Assembly: GCF_009914755.1 (NCBI RefSeq)
Contig: NC_060947.1
From: the human T2T-CHM13v2.0 reference genome, Homo sapiens
Length of the DNA stretch: 64,000 nt
Reading direction: 5' to 3' (one strand)
The translations under genes were made by a program, and so were the position numbers. Positions 34,207 to 55,124 of this stretch are shown in pieces (position 1 is the stretch's first letter; every line of letters starts with the position of its first letter). The notes under the pieces are model-generated. The model made no database searches. It had not been told where the DNA came from and saw nothing but the letters and a program-made list of their open reading frames with translations.

Positions 34207-34364
34207 CTTTTGAAACCAAATATTTAATATTTTCATTAAATTGTTTTAATACAACTTTAATACATTTAATACAAATGCCAACTGGAAGACCAAGCCCAGA
34301 AATTCAGAGGAAATAATCTTCCAAACAAGGAACACCAAGGTGATCTTGTTCCACTCCAGCCGCA
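34176..34364 (-). pseudogene. Very short processed retrocopy of an mRNA 3' end
   Basis: T29 at 34176-34204 followed by non-repeat sequence with TTTAAT (ATTAAA on minus) ~20 nt from the tail; possible degenerate TSD ATAG(C/T)GGT. Confidence 0.65.
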
Positions 34365-34999
34365 ATAGTGGTGATCATAATGCTGCTAGTCAGTTATCCA
34401 GATTATCGAGTGTTTACCACATCATCGATTTTCAGAATGCTCCTAAGCTATTGCATTTCACTGACAAGTAAAATTTCAAAAAACTTGAGGGTTCTGACAT
34501 AGGTTTGTCACTTTTAAAATTCTTTTCCAGGTATGGGAATTTAAAAAATCATACTTCAAGCCATTATGTCATTCCCTGAAAGCAGATAATTTAATATTAA
34601 AAATGCAGGAATAAAATAATCAGTATCTAAAGGGCAATGCTTCATAAGACATGACAATTGGCAATTATACCATTTTATATTTGCCACTCTTCACAGACAG
34701 GTGAAAATATGATCAAGTACTAGTCATTGGAAACCTCTCCTCTACAACACATTGTCAAATCTTGCCCTCTGTCACTGTTTGGAAAATGTGGCTTCTATGT
34801 GAGAGGTTGTTTTATTCACCAAAGTGTTTATCTTAAATAGTGGAATCAGAATTTTATGGAAATGTGATGTATATATATATATGTAAAAAATTTATTCATT
34901 AGTTAAAAGGAGATACACAAATAAATAGTCAGAACATTTGATTTGTCAAAAACTGTTTAAGTACATTATATTTATTGTCTCCTATTCTCACAACAATTG

Positions 35000-36510
35000 C
35001 ATAATGTAGGAACTAATATTACCCCCATATTATGGTTGAAAAAACTGAGACACAGAGGTTAAGTAACCTGACTAAGCTTACACAATTGGCAAAGGGCCAA
35101 TAAATATTTGAACACAAGGAGTGTGAATCTAGAGCCTGCACTGTTAACCAGAATACTAAAACCCTGAATCTGAATAGTTTGTTTGCCTTGCTTTCATAGG
35201 TAAAAGACAACAGAAAGAAAAAGTTAAATAGCTTTGAATGAATAATGCTAGTCCAAGTTGGTTAAATTAGGATTTTGAGACTATCAAAGAGCATAAACTT
35301 CTATATCTCTTGTGAGTTTGTAAATGATTACAGGGGAGTCAGGAATAGAATAGTCAGTTGCCTTCTTTCTCCTTTATTCCAGAAGAGAATATGTCTGATA
35401 CAAATAGTCTTTATGGGGGCACAGCAAAAATTTATCTCCCATTTTGAACCAACCAATCCTCTTCCCTTACTTGGATTAATAAATGAGCACCTACTTTGTG
35501 CAAGCAGTGGGCTACTGATTTAGGACAATATAAAAAAGGAAGAAACTCTGCTTTCTGTTCTCAACAAATACAGATACAGAGAAAAATATACTGTGGCTTT
35601 CAAGCCTGTCTCCGTATTGAAATTACCTAGAAAGATTTTCAAAAAGTTTATATTCCTACACTCCATCCCAGATTTGCTCCACCAGAAACTCCAGGAGTAT
35701 AGCTCAGGAATATGTATATTTAACAATTGCCCCCAAATGATTTGTTTTGTGTGTGTATTCGGGTTCAAAACTTCTGCTGCAGAGTACTGACACCCTTTGT
35801 AGTATCTGGATGATATTTTGTCTTTGAATTACAACACTTCTCTTTTACAAATATCATGTAGGGTCACAAAACTATTTCAGAAGTCTTCTCTACTACTCCA
35901 GTGGAAAGCTGAGAATGTAAAGGCAGGATAGAGCTAGATCATGTAAAGCGTTGAATGCTGTGATAGGGAATATGAATATTATTTTCTAAATTAGTGGTTC
36001 CCAAATCTGACTGCAAATTCGTTTTATTTTTAAAATGGGGTTTTAGGAAAATAGTTTATAAAATGTACTAAATTACTATCTCCAAGGACAGAGCTTGAAC
36101 ATCTATATTTTTAAAAAGTGTTGGCAAAGATTCTGAAGCAGCCATCCACAGAGCAGAATTTGGGATCCACTGCATGTAAAACCTGGTCTATATGCTCCAC
36201 CAGGAGGTTGCAGACTTGGTTACAATTCAATGTCACAATTCAACTTCAATGACTCTGCCCTGGCTTATAATAAAACAATGATCATAATTTAATAATAGCA
36301 GCCGTCATGCATTGAATACTAACTACGAGCAAGGCCCTGAACAAAGTGACTGACATGCATTATCTCATATAATAGTTCAAGAAATCAGTGAAATAGATAA
36401 TATATTTAGCTTCATTTCATTGATGAAGAAAAATAAGATGCACATAGGTTAAGTCATTTTACCCAGGTAATACAATTAGTAAGAAGCAGAGTTAGGGTTT
36501 GAATCCAACA
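35000..36510. mobile_element. Cluster of MIR (~35000-35160, ~36290-36510) and MER5-like (~35590-35780, ~35990-36170) fragments
   Basis: AAACTGAGACACAGAGGTTAAGTAAC MIR core; AGTGGTTCCCAAA and TATTTAACAA MER5-like motifs. Confidence 0.55.
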
Positions 36511-36768
36511 TTTCCCAAACTTAGTTTCCCCGAAAATAAATCCTTTTATTTCATGTAATATGTATTAAGTAGCATACCTGTTAATTAGAGTTTCATGGGG
36601 AAAAATTTAGTAATTCTTGGAATTTGCCTTTTTAGGAAGGAGATACATAACCAAAATGGAAAAGGAATATGCTGAAAGTGAAGGCTAGTATAAGACTAGA
36701 AGGTCAGTCTCCTCAGGAGGTAGTAGCAGACGGCCTTTGTCTGTAAGGTAGCAGAGATTGGTGAGAAT

Positions 36769-37212
36769 TGTGAACCCTGAAAATTTCAGACAGGTCTCAG
36801 TTAATTTAGAAAGTTTATTTTGCCAAGGTTGAGGATATGCACCCCTGACAGCCTCAGGAGATCCCGATGACCTGTGCCCAAGGTGGTCAGAACACAGCTT
36901 GGTTTTATACATTTAAGGGAAACATGAGACATCAATCAACTTATGTAAGATGAACATTGGTTTGGTCAGGAAATACAGGACAACTAAAAGCACGGAGAGG
37001 GCTTCCAGGTCACAGGTAGGTGAGAGGCAAAGGGTTGCATTCTTTTGAGTTTCTGATTAGCCTTTTCAAAGGAGGCAATCAGATGTGCATTTATAGCAGT
37101 GAGCAGAGGGGTGACTATGAATAGAATGGGAGGCAGGGTTGCCCTATGCAGTTCCCAGATTGACTTTTCCTTTTAGCTTAGTGATTTGGAGGGCCCAAGA
37201 TATTTTCCTTAT
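36769..37212. mobile_element. MER4A-like ERV1 LTR
   Basis: TGTGAACCCTGAAAATTTCAGACAGGTCTCAGTTAATTTAGAAAGTTTATTTTGCCAAGG. Confidence 0.8.
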
Positions 37213-37271
37213 GATAAGGAACAACGAGTTAGTAACTAGTACCATGACATCACCATATAAAAATATACCAG

Positions 37272-37409
37272 TTAGCAGGGTGCGGTGGTGTGCACCCATA
37301 GTCCCAGCTCCTCAGGAGGCTGAGGCAAGAGTATGGCTCAAGTCCAGGGCTTTGAGGCCAGCCTGTGCAACATAGCAAGACCCTGCCTCACACACACACA
37401 CACACACAC
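37272..37409 (+). mobile_element. Alu monomer (FLAM-like) with (CA)n tail
   Basis: Single Alu arm followed by a CA repeat. Confidence 0.8.
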
Positions 37410-38911
37410 CCCAATTAATTCTGTTAGTGAAAGAATTCTAACATTCTCTCTAGTGAAGACGTCATGAATTTCTACACTATAATTTTAGATTAACTTAGGA
37501 TCTCAGATGTCATTTTACTTCCATCCAGTCCTAATTTGTATGTCCTTAAATATCTGCTTATGTCATTTACAAATTTATTATCTCCCTATAAAGATTTTTT
37601 TAAGAGGAGCAAACCATTTAGCAAATCATTTCTACTTGTTTTATGACTTCCAATTTTCATAATCAGTTTGCTCATGATGTGGACAAATATAAGCAGCATA
37701 CACAAATATATGATACACTATCTGCACATTACAAACTCCATGAAGTTTCCAAAGTTAAGAAAGAATATTGGCTTGAGGTTATTATCACTCAGTAGTGCTA
37801 CAGAGTGAAATTTTCAGTGTGAGGAGCAGTGAGATTAAAAACTCCTGTTTCCGTTTGAATTTTTCTCATTAGGGATTTCTCTCTAAAGATTCTTGCTTAA
37901 AACCTTAGGAAACTGGTGCAATATCATGGGCCTGGGGCTGTTTCCCAATTAAAAGGACCCTGCTCTTGAGAAAACTAAGAGCATCAGGGAGAGGTCCAAG
38001 AGAAAGGAATTTAAAGTTGACAGCTCAAACAAGCTCTGTTTTAGACTTTCAGTAGAAGCTCTGATGTTTGATAGGAACACATTCCTTGGTGTTGTCTTTC
38101 TGATGCCTTAGGGATCAAGATTTTGGAACCTAAAACAAAACCCTACCTCTTACTATGTTGTGTGACCATGGGCAGGTCACTTAAATTTTTCAAGATTTGA
38201 GCTTCTTATATTAAAAATTTTAAAGATAAGAGTATCTACCTCTGGATACCGCTGGGAATATTACATGGTATAATTTAAATGCTTTGCATATATTAGGCAC
38301 ATATTGCTCAATATATGGAACTATAATTATTCTTATAAGCATGGTAAGATCTGAGGGGCATAAATTAGAGTTGATGCTTGGGGAAAGAGAACACTTAGGT
38401 GAGAAGGACAAAGCTCAACAGAACCAGGATAGGTTTGGAATCAAAAGAGGCCTGGTTTTCAAAGTAGACACCTTAAGAGTACACACCCTAATTTCAACAA
38501 TGACCATGTTGCTCAAGACGTTATTGGACCTACTTTTTAAGAATTTTTTCTAGAGCTTATTAACCAAAGACACAATAAAAGGAATTCTGCCTGAGAGCTA
38601 CAGTTCAATTTTGCTATTAACCAGCCTGAACATTCACTTATAATCCAATGCTCACTGCAAGTTCTTTATCCTCAACTCTGAGGATAAAGGTTTCTTATTT
38701 GGAGATTATAAAAAATTTGTGTGATTCTAAGCATAACTGCCCCTCCTCTTTGTCACACTTCTCTGCCACATTTCAAGTCATTATTAGATGGTTTCTCTTT
38801 CAAAGAAGTACCACCATTCATGACATACTTAAGAATAAACAATTTGGTTCATGAGAGCAAAAGAGTACATGATGTGATCTGCTTTGGGGCTAGAATATTC
38901 TGCATTTCTTA

Positions 38912-39950
<1,039 letters not shown>

Positions 39951-40169
39951 ACACATTATAAGGTCAAAAATAGGATTATGGTAACAATTTTATAACTATA
40001 TTCCCTGCCTCTACTTTGTGCTTCCTGGCCATCTTCTACATTAACCAGTAGAGTGATATTCTCAGTGTTAGAATCTGGCTGTGTCATTTCCCAATTTAAA
40101 TTAGTTCAGAGGACTTTAGCATCAGGTGGCTTTGAATTCTAAATTCCCACTAGGGGTGTTGTGAAAATA

Positions 40170-43090
<2,921 letters not shown>

Positions 43091-43269
43091 AACAAAAAAC
43101 TGCCAAGGAAGATAGAAAGTAACTAATAAAATTCTGACATTAAATGCTATTAAATCAGCAATGAAACATTCAGAGTAAGTGATTATACTTTGAAAGATAA
43201 AAAACTATTAATCAAAGACACAATTAAGAGGCTAAACATGCAAGAGCACAATGTGGGAAAATAGTCATA

Positions 43270-46200
43270 AACATAACCAGCAGGGTGGTATCATGAAACG
43301 TTCTCCCCTCTGTAAAAGCAATGAGAAAACTGGCAAAAATGGTCATCAACATTTTCGAAACTCTGCAAATTCACCAAAGCTTACAGCAATCCCAGGAAGA
43401 TTTACTCAAGAAAAACAGTGAAATTTTGATAAGAACAGTGAGCTTTAGAAATATTTTGATTTACAGAATTCCTATTCCCCTCTCTCAAGCTCTGTGATAC
43501 CCTTAAAAATTAACAGCTAGCTATCATGGTGAAAACCAGTAACCTGGCAACCACCAGAGGGGAAGAACAGAATCCGAGGTCCTTCAAAGCCTCAGTCCCA
43601 GAAAAGTGTTGTTAATTTAAATGACGGTTAGTTCCCTGGAATACTCCAATTGCTGCCTAACTTAAAAGAATCTGACTCAGAGCTTGCCCAACACCAAAAG
43701 TCTTTTCCCAAGGGAAGTTTGATGAAAGCATTTAGAGGTAGTTTGAATTTGAGGCCGCCTGAGGGAGTTGAAAAGAGTTGGGGTAAATGGTAGGCTAACC
43801 AAAAACCTAAAACAGAAAAACTGAAGAATGAGATATCCATAAGAGATTTGAAAAGCTCTGACATATTCCTGGGAATTCAGAAGACCACAGGCATGTGCAG
43901 GGCTATGTGCATACCCAGAGATGTGTACATGCTCAGGAAAGACCTAAAAAGGCCCTAAGCTATCTTTTCTGGCTGACCTTGAAACTTTCCACACGCAACA
44001 AGTATAGGCTAACGTAGATTTGTCAATTACCTGGCCGAGTGTTGTAAATTTGACCCTACATGCACACACAGCCCCTCAGCGAAAATGGAGAGACTAATTC
44101 GTTCCAGGTATTTAAGGAAATTTCTTTTTATTCATCAACTTATAAGTCAGCTAGCTAAGTGAGCAGAGATTTCAGTGACTATGCACAACATAGAATATAG
44201 ATTTCGCAGATTTAGCTCAGTAAAGTAACTGAGAAGCAGTCAGCAGCAACACTAAAAATAACAACAAAACCAACACTGAGGAGGGACAAAAATCTGATTT
44301 CTAGAGGAGACACATTATATTAAATAAAATGTCCAATTTTGAACAAAACATTTGAGACATGCAAAGAAAAAAGAAAATAAAGCTCTACACAGGAAAAAAA
44401 GAAATCATAGAAACTATTCCTGAGGAAGCCAGACATTGGACATACTAGACAAAAATGATAAATCAACTATATAAATATGATCAAAGAGTTAAAGGAAATC
44501 ATGTTTTAAAAACTAAAGGAAAGTATTGGAATTATATTTTACCAAATATAAACTATCAATAATGAAACAAAAATTATAAAAAGCCCAAATAGAAATTAAG
44601 GAGTTGAAAAGTACAATAACTGAAATGAAAAATTAATTAAAGTGGCTTGACAGCAGAATTTAGCTAGCAAAAGAAAGAAACAGCAAACTTGAAGAAGAAA
44701 GTTGGAAGACTCATACTTTCTGATTTCAAAACATACTACAAACCTACACAAATTAAGACAATGTGGCACTGGTACAGAGTTAGGCATGTAGATCCAAGGA
44801 ACAGAATTGAGAGTACAGAAACAAAATTTCAGGTCAACTGATTTCAACAAAGGAGTCAGAAAAATTCAATAAGGAAAACATAGCCTTGTCAGCAAATGAT
44901 AGTAGGACAAATGAATATCAACATGCAAAAGGATGAATTGGACCAACATACACAAAAATAATTCAAATTCAATTATAGATATGAGCATCAGAGTTAAATC
45001 TATAAAAATCTTAGAAGAAAATATTGGAGTGAATCTTCATGACCTTGATATGACACCAAAATTACAAGCGATAAGTGATTGATTACAGTTTGCTTTCATC
45101 AACATTAAAGATGTTTGTAATTCAAAGGCCACCACCAAGAAAATAAAAAGACAGGGGAGATAATTTTTGCAAATAATATACCTTATAAATTTTCATTTGA
45201 ACACCTATTTTCAATTCTCTTGGGTATATATCTAGGGATATATAGTAGAATATATAAAGAAAACTTACAACTTCACAGTAAAATGATATGCAACTCAATT
45301 AAAAATGGGCAAAGGTTTCAAAGAGGCATTTCTCCAAAGAACATATACAAATGGGCAGCAAGCACTTGAAGAGATGTTCAATGTCATTAGGCATTAGGGA
45401 AATGCAAATAAAAAACACAGTTATATAGTACTCCACACCCACTAGGATAGCTACAATCAAAAAGGAAAACAGCAAAAATTGTTGGTAAGGAAGTGGTGAA
45501 ATTCAAACCCTCATTCATTGCTGGTGAGAACATAAAATGGTGCAGCCACTTTGGAAAAGAATTTGGCAGTTCCTCAAAAAGCCAAAAATAGTTACCATCT
45601 GACCTAAAAATTCTACTCTTAGGTATGTAACTGAGAGAACTGAAAACAGGCATTCAGACAAAAACCTGTTCATAAATGTTCACAGCATTATTATTCATAA
45701 TGAACAAAAAGTAGAAACAACCCAAATGTTCATTAACCAATGAATGGATAAACAGCATGTAGTATATCCATATGCCAGATTATTATGTAGCCATAAAAAG
45801 GAATAAAGTACTGATTCATGCTACAACAGAGATGAACCTTGAAAACATTATGCTAAGTGAAAGAAGCCAGACACAAAAGGCCACATACTGGAAGATACTA
45901 TTTATTTGAAATGTCCATAATAGGCAAATCTACAGGCATAGAACATAAATTAATGGTTGCCTGGGGCTGAACAAGAGTTAGAGAGAGAAAGGGAAATGAT
46001 TGCTAATGGGTAAAAGTTTATGTTTGGAGTGGTGAAAATGTTCCAAAATTAGATTATGTGATGGTTGCACACTGTGAAAATCCACTAAAAATCATTGAAT
46101 TGTACATTTTAAATAAGTGATCTTTATCCCATGTAAATTATATCTTAGTATAGTTTAAATATTTAAAAGCATTTAAAATTTGTTTTAAAATAATGAAAGA

Positions 46201-48250
46201 CATGCATATCTATAGAAACAGCAGAGACTTAAAAGACAATAGCATGAACAACTTTAATCCAATAAGCCTGATGTTCTACATTGAGTGGTTAATCACTTAC
46301 AAAATATAACCTACCCAAACTGACTAAATATGATATAGGAAGTCTAATGGTCCTATCACTATTAAAGATTTGAAACAATAACTTAAATTCTTCCTACAAA
46401 AGTAAATGCTAGCCTTAGATGGTTTCTGGGTGGGTAATATCACACTTTCAAGGAATAGGTTATTCAAATATTATTCAAAATCTTCCACAGGCCAGAAGAG
46501 AAGGGAACACAGTGTTATTATGCTTCTGATTTTAAAATAAAACAGTATAAGTAAGAACTTATAGATAAATCTTGCCCATGATCATAGATGCAAAAATTCT
46601 AAAAACAAAATAGCAAACAGAAACCAATGGTACAGAAAAATAATATATATCACAATTTCAATAGATATAAAGCTTTTGGAAAAATTCAAAGTAAAAAAAA
46701 AAAATAAAAACCTTACCGAATGAGGACTAATAGGAATTTCGCTAATCTGATAAAGAGTATCTGCCAAAAAGCTATAATAAATATTATTCTTAATGGTTAA
46801 AAGTTTGAAGCACTTCTTCAAAATCAGGAGGACAACAATAATACCCCTTATTGATGCTTCCATTCAATAGTGTAATGCATGAACCAGCTAAAGCAGTAAA
46901 GCAAGAGAAAGAAATAAAATGTATGAGGTTAATAAAGGAAAAATACTACTGCTGGTACTCACTATGACACACAGTTAGCTGTCTGACAAAAATCTATGAT
47001 TTTTCCCCATAGTGTAGAATTTTCTCAGTCCCCTTACAATTTGGTGGAGCCACGTGACTAATTCTCAATAATAGAAGGTGAATGTAGGTGATGTGTGTCA
47101 TATCTTGGTCAAGGTGGTAGGTGTGCTTCCTGCACACTCTTTTAGCTGGAAACAAAGGACTCCAAAGGCCTAGGAGATGGTAAAGCTTTAAAACAAAAGG
47201 TGACTCTGTCCTTGAGTTGCCAAATGGAAGGCTAAATCCTGAACATGCACATTGGACTTTACATTAATGACAAACTACTATTGCGTTAAGATACTGAGAT
47301 TTATGGGTGTATCTGTCAAAAGAACAACTCTTATCTTAACTAATCCATTCATGGAAGATAGAATTATCTATAGAGAAAATGCAAAGGATATATAAATGAA
47401 TAGAAATGATAACCATTTTGCAAAGGGGTGAATGTAAAATCAATATGTAAAAATCAATTTTCCATACCAGCAACAAACAGAAAAACATAATTTAAAAAAT
47501 GATTCCAATAGCAACAAAATATTAAAGTGCATTGGAATACAGTTAATGAAGTTGTGAAAAATCTTTACATAGAAAATTATAAAACTTTATTACAATAAGA
47601 AGAAGATCCAAATAAATGGAGAAATACATTTGTTTGTGGATAAATGTGTTGAAATTAACAATATATCAATTCTACTAAAATGTATATATAGATTTAATGT
47701 TATTCTAATAAAAATTCCAACAGTTTTCCAAGGAACTTGACAAGCTGATTGCAAAATTTATATGTAACAGCAGAGGGCCAAGAATAGCCAAGGCACTTCT
47801 GAAGAAGAACAAACAAAAGGACAAGGAGGAAGAAGAGGAGGAAGGGGAGATATGGTATGAAAACTTGCCCTACCAGATCTCAAGACTGATTATAAAGCTA
47901 GAGAAATGAAGACAGTGTGGTTTTACTGCAGAGGTAAACAAATTGATCAGTGGAACAGAATAGGAAGCCCAGATTCAATTTCATTCATATATGATAACAA
48001 TATATGGCAAAGCCCATTGTAAATCACTGGGGAAAGAAGGGATGGCTGAATAAGAACTGATATAGAAAAAAATAAAATTGGATCCCTATCTTACACCATT
48101 CCCAACATTTAATTCAAGATGAATTAAAGACTTAAATGTTAAAGACAAAACTTTTAAACTGCCAGAAGGAAATAGTAAAAGAATACTTATATGACCTTAG
48201 GATAAGGAATGATTTCTTAAACAAAGCAACAAAAGGACCAAGCATGAAAG
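43270..48250 (+). mobile_element. Block of old L1M/L1MB/L1ME fragments with an MLT1-like LTR (~46975-47340)
   Basis: L1MB 3'UTR (GAACCTTGAAAACATTATGCTAAGTGAAAGAAGCCAGACAC) and several degenerate ORF1/ORF2 segments. Confidence 0.7.
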
Positions 48251-49422
48251 CATTCCCAAAGCATCTATTCCTTATTTCCAAAATGTTATTGTATTTAATT
48301 TCACATAGGATTGTAACTGCTTACTTGATTGTTTACTCCACTAAACTGTCAATTACTTGAGAATAGAGACTATATTCTCTTAATTTTATCTTCTCCCTTA
48401 CCCTGGCATGTGTTAGTTGAAGACAGGAGAGAAGATAGAGTTTCAGGAAGCAGGGGGTAGATTTTACTTTTCTCTTGATTTGGCACTCAAGGGCTTTTCC
48501 TTCCCTGACAGCTACCCAAATTTTATCTCCTTGTTAGATATGTGAAGTGACATTCACATATCTATAACACTATCCTCCTCATCCAAGCCATGTTTTTCAT
48601 TGACCACTCTTGGTCATCTTCCGCATTTGTAAAACCTTAGTCCCATATCCCATTCCTTCATGACCTGAACTTCTGGGCTTTCAAAGGGAACAATTAAATA
48701 AAAAAATAAAGCTCTATTAAAAACTAAAGAAAAAATCCATAAGACACCTTTCCCAGTATTATTTCTTCATTTCCTAATTAGATCTCTTGAGGTTAACCTC
48801 CAGAAGAGAGATTATAAAAGTGCAATTACAATTCAGAGTGAGAGGACTACATGACTGCAGACCAGTCTTAGATCTGGAAGAGACCTCCCCGAGATAATCT
48901 GGTCTAACTGTCCTTCCAATGTGAGAATTTCTTCTGTCACATTCTTGATCTTTAGTGAAACTGCTCAGCTGTAATCCTTCAAACAGAACACTTCTGGTAA
49001 CAAGGGGCTCATTGTTTCACAGGGAAACCTGTTCCATTTTGGTTTGCCCCACCTAATTAATCTGAATCTAGAGAAGTGAACACACAGCCTTAGGGGAAGA
49101 GGAGTTCATGTGCGTTATCAAAATTTCCATATTTCTGTAGGTGTTTTCCCAAAGTATTTTCTCCAGAAAGTTTTTTAACATAACGCCTTAGATTGCATAA
49201 CTAATGACAAACACAGAATGCCCCAAAGCCTCTACTAGTAGAAGCTGGTCACCATTCTGTAAAATCTGCATTCCAAGAATATTGAGTCATTTGAAAAGAC
49301 ATGAGAAACTGAATCATGAAAATGGTACACCAGTCACTTTGTAAGTAGGGTATGTCAATAATGGAATTATCAATGAATCAGAGAAGAATACTTAAGGCTG
49401 CTTTGGAAAAAAGTCTAAATAA

Positions 49423-50454
<1,032 letters not shown>

Positions 50455-51647
50455 ACATAGGGGCAGAGTGTGTCAACCAATTTCACTGAAAGAATCAAAA
50501 TATGTCAAAGTTGGAAAGGCCCCCTAGAGATCATAAAACCTAGCTGCATTAAACAGAATACTATTCCTGCAAGAGATTCTGAATCAGGAGGATTTCATGG
50601 AAAGTATGTGTAAAAACCTACATCATATTAACTTCCCCTCTAGAGGCCTCCAGATGACATTCACATGTTACAGGATCTTTATGATTGAAAGAAAACTGTA
50701 AGTATTGTTTAACTTAGGACATCCCAAACACATGTAGCCAATCACCCCTTTTTTTTAGTAACAACTAGCAAAATATTAATGCATCTCAAATATACTCCAA
50801 GAAATACTAATTTAGTTAGATTTTCTCATTGTAAAGACCCAGAAAGATTTGTGAAATGCCTAAATCAACCAAACTGCTTAGTGGCAGAGCCAGGACTACA
50901 ACTCAGGTATTAAACCAGCTTATAAGTCTGGAGCTTTCAACCACTCCTGCTTTCACTTGACTGGATGACTACTGTTTGTTCTTTCTTTCCTTCAGAAAGC
51001 CTTACATAAGGCTCAGTTATCTTCCCTTCATATATATTTCAGTGTGGCTGAAAGACAGATGGGGTAAAGAAAGAGAGAAAGAGAGAACCAAGAGAGTGAA
51101 GTGGTGGAGAAGCATATGCACTCAGAGATAAGTGACACAGTGAAGAACTAATGAGGGGCCAGATCATGAAGCGTCTTGTATCTCATGCAATGAAATTGAT
51201 CTTTATCAATACAGCCATAGTAACACGTGGAAAGATTTAAGCAGGGGTGTTGTATAATTGGATTTGCATTATAGAAAAATTGCTCAGGGGAAAAATCCAC
51301 ACTGTCACAGAAGGAAGTTTCTATTGTGCTCAAATTTTTCTGGGGCTTAATTTCTATTCTCTTAACCAGTGTAGCCCCTGTTCTGAGTGTGGGACGATTA
51401 ATCTAACAGGGCCTAAAGAGGAATTATGACAATCTAAATCACTCAGGGGTTAAGGTATAAGAGTCAGTATAACAAAATGGCACAGCTGACCCATAAGTAG
51501 TAACTTGAATCACCCGAGTCAGTACTTCAGGTGGAATAGTTCACAAAGAAACTCACACTTGTTATTTCTGTAAGACAAGAGATTGGGACAGTGTGTTTCA
51601 AAACTGTTTTAAGTTAATAATGTTCTAACTAAAGAAATGAAAATTTT

Positions 51648-52002
<355 letters not shown>

Positions 52003-52329
52003 TTATCAGTCTTAGAATCGATTGTCCACCAAATTTTCTCAACCTCTTTCACCTCAAGACATACATTGAAGAAGCTCATTATCACAACTGTTTTGAAGAC
52101 CCTGCAATAACTGTAATGTAGTGACCCTCATGACCAATCTACCTGAAGAATGTTCATTTTACAAGGAAATATTGTCATGAAGGCGGCCAACTGTACTAGG
52201 GCCCTGTCCCACTTAATTGTCATGGAATCTATATGACTCCAATGTCATAGGACCATTCTTTGGTGCCTTAAATTCTTTGTCATCTTCAAGTTCCTATAAA
52301 ATCCCTAATAATAATTACACAAGAAACAA

Positions 52330-52720
52330 AAATACTATGAATAATGTAGTACTTTCTATGTGCTAGACACCACATGCATTATCTCATGCATGTACAAAAT
52401 GAGTTAGATACCGTTAATATTCCAATTTGACAGACGAGAAAATGAGCCCTTAGAAAGATTAAGTAAATTGCCCATGGTCACACAGTTGTTATACAGCACC
52501 TAGTATGTGCTTGAAACTGTGGCAGTCAATTTATAAGCACATCATTTAACCTTCAAACTGACCTACCAAAAGGTAACATTATTCATATTTCACAGATGAA
52601 GAAACTGAAGCTCAAAAAAATTGATTTAAATTGCCAGTGGTTATACAAGTAGAAAGATGCAGAGGCAGGATTCAGATCTAGATTTCTCTGATTCTAAATC
52701 TGTATGCTGTGCTTAACCAC
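52330..52720. mobile_element. MIR fragments
   Basis: CAGATGAAGAAACTGAAGCTCA core. Confidence 0.65.
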
Positions 52721-52823
52721 TGGTAGTTTCCAGCTATTCCCTATAGAACTCCATGGCTCTGCGTGCCTGGATCAACATGACTATGGTAAAGGGAGGGCTT
52801 GGCAGGGATTGCAGAAGGGAGAC

Positions 52824-53187
52824 TGTATTAGTCAGTTCTCATGCTGCTAATAAAGATATATCCGAGACTGGGTAAGTTATAAAGAAGAAGAGGTTTAATG
52901 GACTTACAGTTCCAGATGGCTGGGGAGGACTCACAATCATGGCAGAAGGCAAAGGAGAAGAAAAGTTGTGTCTTACATGGTGGCAGGCAAGAGAGTGTGT
53001 ATAGGGGACTGCCTTTTATAAAACCATCAGATCTCATGAGACTTATTCACTATCATGAGAACAGCACAGGAAAAACCTGCCTCTATGATTCAATGACCTC
53101 CCTTCAGGTCCCTCACATGACACGTAGGGATTATGGGAGCTACAATTCAAGATGAGATTTGAGTGGAGACACAGCCAAACCAAATCA
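52824..53187 (-). mobile_element. THE1 solo LTR
   Basis: TGTATTAGTCAGTTCTCATGCTGCTAATAAAG...CAGCCAAACCAAATCA; TSD GAGAC/CAGAC. Confidence 0.9.
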
Positions 53188-53331
53188 CAGACGAAGGGAT
53201 TATGCCCTTCTTTCCCACTCGTCTTATAATGGTGCCACTTGGGGTTTATCTGTTTTCTATTGTAGTGTTTAAGATTTCAAATGAAAAAAAATTCCTCTTT
53301 TTTCAAAAAGTTTTCAATCCATTGCTTCATG

Positions 53332-53665
<334 letters not shown>

Positions 53666-54798
53666 ACGTTTCTATCCACTAAAACTTTAACAGACATTAG
53701 TTGACAGTCATCCTTGAGCCAAAGAATTGGAAATCCAGAATGACACTGAGATCAGTGCAGCTATGAAGACTTGGTACTGAATCCAGCAGGAAAATATAGG
53801 GAATGAGGATTTTTATGAAGCACAAGGATCCCTTTTATTTCTCTCTTTCCTCCTGTGGTGATTCCAGTGTCTGATTCCATGAGCACAGAAAGAAGAGAGA
53901 AGCACTGTAAAGCTTACAGCAGCAATGTCAAGTTTCCTACCTGCGAATGTCTCAGTCAGCTTCAGACTCCAAGTCATGAAAGTCTCTCCAAGGCTGATCT
54001 TATGGATTAAAAGGTTACATCTTCCCTGTCCTAACCAGGAGCAGGAAGATGAGCCTCATGAAAACTAAATATTCTTTACTCTGCCTCAAGATGTTTACAG
54101 TAATAGAAATCAAATAGATCCAAAGACAATGTTTTCTAAATATAGTCTGTGGAGCCCATAAGTCACTCCTTGAAAAAAACGTTCCTTGAACAAGTGTTGG
54201 AAATGCTGCATAAGATATATGACTCAAAGATAGGGTGATCTATAATTCATTGTCCAAACTGGGCCATTTCTGAGTGACAAAGGGGATGTTATTAATAATT
54301 GCATTGGAGCAATAAGCACATACTAGAAATGTCCTGGGAAAATTAGGACCTGTGGTTAGTCTAATGTTTAATCAACGACTTTCCAAATTTATTTGGCTAC
54401 CAAAAATTTTTCCCTTGGTAATACCTGCTAACATTATGAGAGACCAATATTCACAACCTACCTTGGAGGACATTAAACTTAGAAGTTTTATGAGAATCTG
54501 TATGAAATACAATAAACCTGTGTTTCCCAATCATTTCCTGTCAGTGCACACAAAGGAAGTAATTGTTAATATTTTTGTGCACAAAGAGATAAATGGATGA
54601 GGCTCCTTGTAGCCAAAAAGGGTATAGCCAAAAGGGTGGAGTGTGTGAGGGGATCACTATCTCAGCCCTCCTGTTATCCTCTGATACATATATAGGTCAG
54701 ACACATAGATGAAAAAGCTGTGACCAAAACACACTGACAAGTGACCTCCATGTGTTTCCCTTCCTCGGAGACCAATTTCAGGTGATTAAGTTAAATAA

Positions 54799-55124
<326 letters not shown>

